DNA from: Auanema rhodensis
Taxonomy: Eukaryota > Animalia > Nematoda
Assembly (NCBI GenBank): GCA_964057225.1
Contig: OZ059895.1
Coordinates: 17,608,001 to 17,672,000 of the forward strand
Reading direction: 5' to 3'
DNA: 64,000 bases
Part shown: in pieces, positions 53,533 through 64,000 of the stretch
Layout: the number at the start of each line of letters is the position of its first letter
How positions within the stretch are numbered: position 1 is the stretch's first letter
Notes under the pieces: model-generated
What the model saw: the letters and a program-made list of their open reading frames with translations, nothing else
What the model was told of the DNA's origin: nothing
Database searches by the model: none
Made by a program: the position numbers and the translations under genes

Positions 53533-54245
53533 TTACAATTCAACATTGGTTTCAGATGGAAGGGTGGGATAAACAGAGCAATCGGCGACGTCGTCGTCGT
53601 CAAACATATATTCTGAGTGAACAGGACTGCCATCTTCCAACCCCATGTATTCAGATAAAACTTCGTTGTCTACAAGTTCTACATCAATGTTACTTGGAGG
53701 ATATTCATAAATAGAGCCAATTTCATAATTTGGGTGACGATCTGATTCAGTATCTAGAATATCTAAATCAATACTGAGTTATGTTTTATAATGATTTTTT
53801 CATCACCATCAAATGTCACATTCGCCTCACTAGGAGGATAATCATAAACTGAATTTGTTTCATAAGCCGTCTTTAAATCGTCTATTTCAAGATCTAGAAT
53901 TCCTTGTTTTGAATGCTATATGTATATAAAATTGATCACCAGCAAGATCTCCACCCTCATCATCAGTTGCAACCTGCGTAGCATCACTTGAAGACGAGAA
54001 TCTACTTCTTTGCTTCAGCTCATCTAATAATCTTCATGAAAGATAAAACAATTTTTTATGTTACCTATTTCAAAATCGTCAGAAGTAAGATTTCCACTAG
54101 AACAAGTACAGTCAGCCTCTGAGTCCCTGATAGCACTTGTATTCTTTTCGATAACAGCAGTTTCGTTAGCGTCTAGAACACAGCATAAAAATATTTAAAA
54201 AATAGAAAAATATTTACGCAAAATAACGATTTTTTCAACTTCCAT
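53533..54245 (-). CDS. Hypothetical acidic, probably disordered protein (~175 aa, 5 exons; not in the ORF track)
   Basis: Exons 54245-54218, 54172-54065, 54023-53940, 53893-53807, 53753-53533 are joined by four ~45-nt GT-AG phase-1 introns into an open frame that is D/E/S-rich. No family recognised. Confidence 0.7.
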
Positions 54246-54370
54246 GATAATATTCAACCGACTTTCACGGAATTACAGAATCGAATAACATGAATAAACA
54301 ACTCCACGTGAAACGTGAAAATTCGAATACGAAATGGCGGCAACGCAATTTCAAAAAAAAAGCTACCTTT

Positions 54371-55787
54371 CTAACTGAAAATGATATAGTCTTTTCCTTC
54401 TATCCAGCTTTTTGAATCTAACAAATGCTCTAAGTCACCTCCTGTCATATCCAACTTGACACATATAACTACTGGAGCTTCAATTTCACTAAAAACAAAA
54501 TAAAGAAATAAAGAAAGCCTAATATAGGGTGAATACCTCACAGACACAATAGGGATTTGATGTGTGACTTTCCGAATAATTTCATTATATTCTTCGTAAA
54601 AACCTCTTTTTAGTTTTTTGATATCAACATCACAGAAAGCAATCACGTTATTTTTCTCTTCCTCCGAAAGACATCTACAAAAAAAGAGTAAATGATAAGT
54701 AAATTAGATAAAACAACTTGAAAAAGCGTTTTCCCTGCTTTCCAACGCTCCAAATCGTGAATTTTTTCCATGTACATAAAACATTTTTTCTTAAATGTTG
54801 CATTCTCATATCCCAAATAGACTTTTCTAGTACACTGAATGTTGCGCATTCACCATGGTAACGATAGAGGACGAGTTCTTTCTCGATCTAAATAGTGAAA
54901 TTAATTATTAATCTTTTCCTCTACTTAACCATACTTTTCTATAAAATACGTTGAAGATGGAAAAAGATTTGAAAAAGAAATCTAGATCTTCTGGGAAACC
55001 ACATGGAATATCATCCCGGAATCCACCAATCATATCAAAAAGTTTTCTTGATATAAACCAAGTTGGTGCGATAATGGTGGGACCATGTGAGGTATAAATC
55101 TGATAATTATCCCTTTAAAGGCCTTATGATACTAATAAAAACCTGCTTAGTAATCAAGTCTTCCGATAAATTATTAGCCCATCTTGTATATCGAACTGTT
55201 GAATCTTCAGGCATGCGATTGAAACGAGACCCTGGAAGCAAAATCTTTACAAACTGCTAAATTAATTTAAGAAACCAAAAAAGATATTTTTCTCCAGAGG
55301 AAATTTTGATGCTTCTTCAACAAGTGTACTCAATCGATGATTATATGAAACATCATCTGCATCGCAGAAACATACATACTGCCCATTTGAATATCGAACA
55401 GCTTTATTTTTAGCATAACCTACTCCTAGAATAATATAATACTTTCATATATCAAAGACAATTTTATTTCTAACCTCCTGATTTTTCTTCCGAATTCAGA
55501 ATAACTTCAACTTCACGAGCTGTAAAAGCTGGTATATAAGTTTGTATAATACTCTCAGTTCTGTCCGTGCTACCATCATTAAAAATTGAAATCTTGGAGC
55601 GAGTGAAGCAAAAAAAGGTATAAACGTCGTACCTCCCATTTTTCAGAATAGTCTTGCTTTAGAAGAGACTCTAGACAAGCACCTATAAAATTCTCTCCAT
55701 TTTTTACAGGAATAACAACACTCTACAACATATAGTATATAATATCTCATATTTTAACCTATAATATCATACCACTAATAAATCCAT
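54371..55787 (-). CDS. Glycosyltransferase family 2, B3GNTL1-like
   Basis: Spliced translation: MDLLVSVVIPVKNGENF...ISIFNDGSTD...GVGYAKNKAV...FCDADD...RYTRWANNL...SHGPTIIAPTWF...PEDLDFF...LYRYH...FTIWSVGKQGKRFF...AFCDVD...ICVKLDMTGGDLE. This matches the B3GNTL1 pattern (queuosine-tRNA galactosyltransferase family in vertebrates). Confidence 0.87.
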
Positions 55788-56029
55788 AATATAGTATATA
55801 TCCTATAGTTTTCCTACAGTTAACTATATCTTGTCGCTACACAAAACTCATAGCTTTTGGAACAAATTTCGTGCTCTATTGCTACAGACCTTTATTTACT
55901 TGATGACGTCAGTGTCCTCTGTTAGACTGATGTGACTAGTTCTCTCCATTACAGTAGCATTGTTTAGTTCAAATAATTTTTATTCGTCTATATGATATTT
56001 TTTGTTTATTATGTGTTGTTTAGCGTACC

Positions 56030-56667
56030 ATGGCTAAGAATATGCAGAATACGAGCTACCGTCAACTAAACGTTGATGATTTTGATCCTGAAAAATACGA
56101 TGAAAATGAAGATGGTTTACCATCTTGTAAATTGTTTTGTATGTTATTCTTTTAGGTTCTCAAACTCCTGGATTAGGGCCTGATGAGAAAACTATAACAA
56201 GCATGCTTTCTACAAACAGATACAATGATGCTCTGCATGCTGTGCTTATGAATCCTCCTTTAAAAACGGAAAATATGGTACTCTATTAAAGTTGAACTTT
56301 GTTTGACATTGATACTTTAATAATAGGAGCAAAAAGAAAAAGCAGTCAAATTGGTAGCTAAAGTAGTTTCTAATTTCAAAAATAGCGACATTGAAGGAGC
56401 AGTGCAGGTAAATTCTTTACATTAATCTTATATATATATTAATCAATTTTGTAGACTCTTACTATTGAAGAAGCTGATATCTTAATGAAATATGTTTACA
56501 AAGCTATGGAAATCGTTCCAGAAAATGCTCTCTGTCAGACACTTCTCGTTTGGCATGCTCAGGTAAAATATATTTTTTTTAATATTAAACTCAATGCCAT
56601 ACAGATAGTTTCCCGTTTCGGTCTAGGGACAATTATTCGGGTTTTCTCTGACCGTAATCGCTTGTAA
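56030..56667 (+). CDS. arx-7: Arp2/3 complex subunit 5 (ARPC5/p16)
   Basis: Five exons: MAKNMQNTSYRQLNVDDFDPEKYDE...GLGPDE...NPPLKT...DILMKYVYKAME...LLVWHAQ...GLGTIIRVFSDRNRL*. Confidence 0.93.
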
Positions 56668-56867
56668 TAGCCCATTTTTCTTCAAACTGTGATTAACAAT
56701 CTCTCAAATTCCGTCGCTTTATAAATATTCTCTTGTTATATAATTTTGTAATATACATTCACCTTTATAAAATCTTTATTTCTTAATACGAATAAAGCGT
56801 CCTTAATTTTAAGCGCTGCGTAAATTAATAATAAAAATATTATTTATATACATTAATAATTTAACGT

Positions 56868-59800
56868 TTAAAGCATACAGTCCTTTTCTTTTTGTAGAAG
56901 CGATCTTATGGCACTTGCTGAAAGCTTGAAAGTCATCAAAAAACTACAACACATTAGGAGTAATAGTAAAACTATTGATATGCACATGGATACGATATAT
57001 TGGGAAATAGACATTCCAATATCTAACCAACTTCCATCGTCTTTCAACTGATGGAAAAAACACTGAAAATATGAAGCCGTAATTAATTCTGGTCAATACA
57101 ACATACCATAGCCATGAAATCCGTAATTATGAGTACCAAACATGATAATCTTTGAATAAGTTTTTTATCAAAACGAAGTACGGAAGCGAAAACCAGAATG
57201 ATCATCAAAACGGGAATGATCAATTTGATGATTAGAAGAAAAGCCATAGTGAAAGGACTTAATTAATACAATAAATATAAAAAGTAAATTATTCAAACCT
57301 AAAAATAGTAACGAATCTGGTTAGAGATGAAGGATTAAAAGAGTTGAGCGATGCAAAGTTTCCTGTTCCGAATAAAGCTGCTAGAACTAAAGCTACGCAT
57401 ACTACTGCCCTTCTCAACTCATTTGGGTGAACACGACCATAAGCTGAAGTTATCCGTAAAAGAAGAGAGTACAAAAAAAAACGTACTTTTTGAAATTGGA
57501 GGAGAATTACTTGCGCTAATTCGAAGAAATTCGGAATCATTCATGTGTTGGAACTCCAAGCGAAGATAAAGAAGTAGAAGTGGTATAAGGAGCAATGTGA
57601 AAGTTGACTCGTAAGCAATGGAAAGCAGAGAATACGGGATAAACAAAGCGACTAAACAAAACCGTATATTGGAAACAATGAGTAGTTTATCACCTAGATA
57701 ACAAATAATTCTTTGAGTTATTATTAAATCTGAAAGAAGAGGACCTATAAATGCCAATGGTAGGGAAAGCCATGATATTAAACCAAGAAACGCATTCTGT
57801 ATATGGTAATTATAAAACAATTAATGAACTAAATTATACCGTTTTCACAACAAAAGTCGTTAAAAAAATATGTAACGTAGTGGTAAAACAAGCAATAACC
57901 AAACACCAACTCTCGTAATAATTAGAATGAGTGAACTATAATATAACCTATTGCAAATTCAAAAAATATAATGATCTCACCTTCATAGCCTTGAAAATCA
58001 TAAATCCCAAAACAGCTGGAGCTGTTAAGCACAGCATGGGATATTCATATTTACCTACAGTAGCAAAAAACGGAAAAGGCATCAAGGAAACACATGATAA
58101 TCTCCAAATACGTGTCCTAAATATCTGATAAATACTTGACTATTTGGCAAAGACTAACCACTCCTTAACAACATCATTAGCAGCAAAGGTGTTGGGCAAA
58201 AACAACATCATAAAAAACACAAGGCTAAGAAAGCGACGATCCATGAAAATGATTACGAATATAAAAACTATGAAAACTAAAAAATAATAAATATAAGTCT
58301 AAATATTTAAAAAATCAAACTTACTCAATACAATAAAAGTGATAAAAGGTCGGACTAAAAAGTCGAGTGATATTGTTTGATAATTGGTAAACACATGCTT
58401 AGCAAAATCAACAGATTTCGTAGAAAATTTAGTAAGATTTTCAATAATAGAAAGAATAAGTATAGGCATAATCACATAGATATAGTTTGTCACTGGGAAA
58501 CCACAGAGATAGCAGAACCCACATGCAAGCAGGAGTACCGTAGTTATGAACTTATTAGGTAAAAGGATATCTCTTTTTAGAAGTTGGATGTCTTGACTTC
58601 TATAATGGAAATGTTGTATTAATCAAATTGTTGAAGTCACATGCCTTGTGAGAAAACACCAAACAAGGACAATCCATAATAGAAATGAAGCACTAACGGT
58701 AGCACCTAGAAATCCTCGATCGTAACGGTGATAATAGTATATGGCACTTTTCATCAGTGGGGCTTTATCTACAAATAAAGAAGCAGCCATAGCATGACGT
58801 CTAAATATATTAATATCAGAGTTATAAGAACATTTTTAGGTACCCCGTTTGGAATAGCTTAAACATTTCTTTCTCTAGAGCTTGAAGAGAGACATCCCCA
58901 AAATTCGAATAATCTTTGAAGAAGAATCGACTAGCTTTGGAATTTCTCAAAGCTAGAATTTGTTCTTTGAGCTGAAGATATGATTAAATGTTTGAAAAAT
59001 CAAAATTAAAACCTGTAAGAAGTTGGCAAAACTACTTTGCAACAAATATTTTGGAGACACAGAAAGAACGTTTGTAGGTAAGACTCCAATTGAATTTACT
59101 GGTATTGGTACTCCAATTAAACTTGACATCAATGGAGCTAAATCAACTTGATCTATTTTGATACGAGCTCCTCCCTTTTTAACACCTGCTCCCCAAGCTA
59201 CGAATGGTGTTAAAATCTTAAAAAAATGTTTATTAAAGATAAAAAGCATGAACAAAACTTCATCGTCACTTCCAGCTCCATGAGATCCCCAATCAGTCAT
59301 TCCGTGATCCGAAGTAAAAATAAAGGCAGTTCTTTCATCGGGAAATATACGAGAGAATAACTCCGTTATTCTTTTAACTCCATTATCAACAACTAAACAA
59401 ACAAATAATAGTTGAAAAAATAATAGCAAACGTTCCCACCTCCAATATTATGTTTATATCGTTTGGAATGTGGCTTACTTCCATGCCCGTTCGTATCCAA
59501 TCCTAACAAGTGAAGAAAAAAAATTTTCCTAGCATCAGATATTATAGAAGAATTAGCTTCTTTCTCAAGAAAATTCTGAAATAATCATAAAATATTAAAA
59601 ACCAAATAATATAACATACTGTAACTTTGTTGAACACCCACTCATCCAGTTTATAAGCATCAGCTGAACCGAAATCTTCATCGTCCTCAGAATAATAATA
59701 TGAATGAGCATGAGGTTTATCGTCAAAGAGGGACACTATATCAGGGCTTCCAAACAGGAAAGCTTCGCTAGATCTGAACTTTCACAATTTTATACACCAT

Positions 59801-60292
59801 GTTGTCATTAAATGTGCACCTGTTTATAACACTATCGAACGGCACCGGGTTTTTCTTCCATCCCTTTGCTACAGCACTAACATCTTCTGCAAATCCTGCG
59901 AACATTGCAACGTGACCTGGCCTAGACTCTGTTGGGACATGGCTCATAGAAACACCTGACACTCCCTTTAAAATAAGCCTGAGATGTTCAAAAAAAAAAA
60001 GAAAACGCACTTTTCTGTTCTTTATAATAGAATGCAAGAAAGGAGAAAGATCGGAATTACGATTAAAAGAATCTAGACGAAGCCCATCTGACATGTAAGA
60101 GTTTTAATTCATCAAAAACATTACGAATATACCCGCAGAAATTACAACTAATCGCTTAGCTGGGCCATCTCCTTTTGTAATTTCATGATGAAGAATGTTA
60201 CTAATTAACGGAGAAGTATAATATATATCAAAAATTGAATAAACTAGAATTAAATGAATGGTTAAGCCCAATCCAACAAGATGCATAGACAT
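56868..60292 (-). CDS. pign-1: GPI ethanolamine phosphate transferase 1 (PIG-N/MCD4), multi-exon
   Basis: Motifs [85 protein letters not shown] and [13 protein letters not shown], plus many C-terminal TM segments. Not all internal exons were traced. Confidence 0.93.
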
Positions 60293-60676
60293 CTTTCTAT
60301 AACATCATAACAAACGTGATTATAATATAAAAAACACGTACCTTTGTAACCGAAAAGACTAAACACATTGATCAAAACCAGCAAATCATCTGGAATATAG
60401 TACGTGAAACCTGGAGACAAGATGTAAGCCACAGTCTGGTAAGAATCGTGGTCTCAGCTTAAACCAGTTGCCATTAAGATTAAACGGTCAGACTGCGTAC
60501 AAATATTTAAAAGTCGACTAACTTGCGTACGACTTTTGAAATAATGAAATCGATTTATTTAATATTTCCGTATAAGGCAATTAATATATAAATTTTACTC
60601 TACTATTTCTCATTAAGTGTGTCGTAATTTCATATAATTTTTAAAATACAATATTACAGTTCTGTACAATAATTGC

Positions 60677-61609
60677 ATGGTGGTTGTTGATCATGAATTT
60701 GATAAAAAAGACCGTGAAAAAAAGATTAAACCATACAAGAATTCTCGGATACGAGCATCAGTCCCCATTTCCGAGTTTCTAGTCAACAAGGACAACAATT
60801 CTAAAATCTGTCCGACAAAAAAGGAAAAAAATAAGGTCCAGCTAATAAAACGTGGATTTCAAAATTTAAATAAGGAGTCAGCTATCAAAAAGGTAAGTAT
60901 GATAGGAAGTGTTGAAAATATATAATGACTATCTTTAGTTCATCAACTCCTCAGAAAAGCATGATGATGTTACCACTCATATCTGGACAGAAAGAGAAGA
61001 ATATGATGATATCATATTAGAATTTTTGAAAACATTGAAAGCAAAATTCGATACTAAATGGAAACAGAATGAGAACAAGGTATTTATCTTTTTTTTTTTA
61101 AATTAGATTATATTATAAAATTAAGCTGTAAATTCAAATTTGATTTGAAATAATTGTAGGCTCGTTCACGCCGTGTTTTGGTTTGTGGTATACATGAAAC
61201 TCTTAAACATTTGGACAACGGGAATATTATTTCAGTATTCGTTTCTAGAAATTTAGACGATATAGTTCAAAATTGTATGTTTATCAATTCATTTATAACA
61301 TAATTCAACATGAAAAATATTTAAGATACGGGTAGTTCAAACTTTTATCAATTAGTTAGTGCGGCAATAGCTAAAAATATTCCTGTAATTCACACGGGCA
61401 CCAAGAAAACATTGAGCCGTTGTGTTAACAAATATCCTTATATTAATGTGATTGGTCTAATATGTTGTCCAGGTTTTGAGGTAGTTTCGGTTATGTTTTT
61501 GTAAAAATGTTTATTTATTCAGTCGCAGTTGCCTATTATCCTTGATGAATGGAAGCACAGTCGTTCTCATATATTTTATCATATAGACCAGAATTCTCTT
61601 TTTGCTTAA
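60677..61609 (+). CDS. SECIS-binding protein 2-like L7Ae-domain protein (~237 aa, 5 exons)
   Basis: Exons 60677-60892, 60939-61079, 61160-61274, 61326-61480, 61523-61609. KARSRRVLVCGIHETLKHL...NIPVIHTGTKKTLSRCVNK..INVIGL resembles the SBP2 RNA-binding domain as recalled (KAKTKRRLVLGLREVLKHL...NIPFVFALNRKALGRSLNK..VSVVGI). Confidence 0.75.
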
Positions 61610-61778
61610 TACATACATACATATATATATTAAAAATTAAATATATTTTATAATGTTGTTTATATCATCGGTTATCTGTCCAAATCTCGTTTTACTTTCA
61701 ATTTTTATCGCTTTGCTTGCTTCTTCCCTTGTTAGTGCTTGTGTTGTGGCTAGCTTTGTCGTGCTTCTAGTCGTTCAT

Positions 61779-62759
<981 letters not shown>

Positions 62760-63167
62760 CTATTTAGTCGACCAGGATCACGCAAATGTTCTTTACAGTA
62801 GTTTAGTTCATTCTGAATTCCATTTGACATATTCTACATTTGAAATATGATTTACATTAAATTTATATTCGTATTGCTTATAAGAAGTTGTATTTTATCC
62901 GTGTTGCAGAACATTTATAGCTTTACGTTTATTCCAATAAAGTTAGTAATAATTTTTTTATTCTTTAAAAAATTATAAAGCCTATTTTTGCAAAGATAAT
63001 CGTAATCAAACTATTTTTGATACATGATCTAAAAGTATTTGTTTGATGACACGTATGGCACATGCTGATTCGTTTTCTGTTGTATTTGCTTTCCAGCATG
63101 TATTTTACTAATTGTGGATAGTCTTCCTAATTTTTGCATTCTCATTCTAATTCTTCGCATTATTCTC

Positions 63168-64000
63168 ATGGTAAAACAAATTCATTTAAACTTCGAAAAG
63201 TGTCATCATGTCATCATCTTACAGAAGAAAACGTCATCAAATTCAGGATGTGGACGAGCTCTCCGATTCATATTCTTCGGATGTATAGCATTAGTAGTAA
63301 TAAAAACTATTTTGTAGGTATTCCAATGTTCAAGTTATCATAAATTCTTTGTTTGAAATAGTGTGTTGTTCAAAACAAATAGGAATATTAATCATATAAC
63401 CTAAACTTGAAACAGCATTTCAAGATTAGAATTTATATATATGAATATATTTTAATAGTTTTATAGATTTATTAAAGTTCAACAAGAGGGACATGTAAAC
63501 CGGTTTATTATCGATGATATCAGTCCATACACGTTACAACCAGAATTTGATATGAATAATATTACTGGATATCTAATAGACCAAATATCTTTGAATTGTG
63601 ATGGTATGAAACGCAAAGATCCCGGGTTTGATGAGATTCATCTTCAATTGATATATTTTTGTTTCAGTGCTTTATCTAATGCTACAACATATACTTATCC
63701 ATATAAAGCTTTAGAAAGTGAATTGTTCCAAGAAAAAGATCAGTATGTTTCATAGTTGGGAACCAGCTAATGACAAAGGTTCTTGTTTCAGATGTAGTAT
63801 GATCAAAAAGCTATTTCATTTTCGTACACGACCACTTTCCCAAGAAGAAGAAGAGTATCCTCTAGCTTATGGCTTACTTGTACATCGTAGACCTTCCCAG
63901 GTTTCAGATGAGTATACATTATGACCCTTTATATAATTTAAACTACAGGTATTATTCCAAGTTAGTGCATTCTATGAACCTCAAAACAAGTACTGCATAG
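63168..64000 (+). CDS. Core-2/I-branching beta-1,6-GlcNAc transferase (GT14) family, 3' truncated by the window end
   Basis: Type II TM N-terminus (ALRFIFFGCIALVVIKTILFI), then FRTRPLSQEEEEYPLAYGLLVH..SQVLFQVSAFYEPQNKYCI, typical of nematode gly-family GT14 proteins. The start is inferred. Confidence 0.8.

Noticed and set aside
31493-61609. Functional translation-related cluster (tRNA-Ala array, B3GNTL1-like enzyme, SBP2-like protein)
   Set aside because: tRNA-Ala(AGC) is neither a queuosine nor a selenocysteine tRNA, and the loci are far apart; this looks coincidental.

Overview
This is AT-rich eukaryotic DNA from a rhabditid-type nematode, judged from short 41-60 nt GT-AG introns with TTTCAG-like acceptors and a tRNA-Ala nearly identical to the C. 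elegans gene as I recall it. Most ORF-track entries are spurious, and the real genes had to be spliced by hand. The layout is: ~22 kb of non-coding, microsatellite-rich DNA; a MARCH-type RING-CH E3 ligase; IDH3 gamma; an ~8.5 kb repeat island (T-less GGACCA satellite, five tRNA-Ala(AGC) copies with a co-duplicated upstream module, and a large inverted repeat of purine-rich satellite around a 677-bp-arm palindrome); a ztf-2-like C2H2 zinc-finger gene with ~9 kb of upstream DNA; then a dense cluster (Tctex1 dynein light chain, IMPase/ttx-7, an orphan acidic protein, B3GNTL1-like GT2, ARPC5, PIG-N, SBP2-like L7Ae protein, acyl-protein thioesterase, and a truncated GT14). The most notable observation is in the IMPase gene, which has two mutually exclusive exons. 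One intronic element can base-pair with either exon's 3' splice site through overlapping nucleotides, making it a candidate RNA-structure splicing switch. Next most notable are the invariant 57-bp, box C/D-like module upstream of the tRNAs and the tRNA-bracketed palindromic island. Gene names and C. elegans comparisons come from memory, not from database searches.
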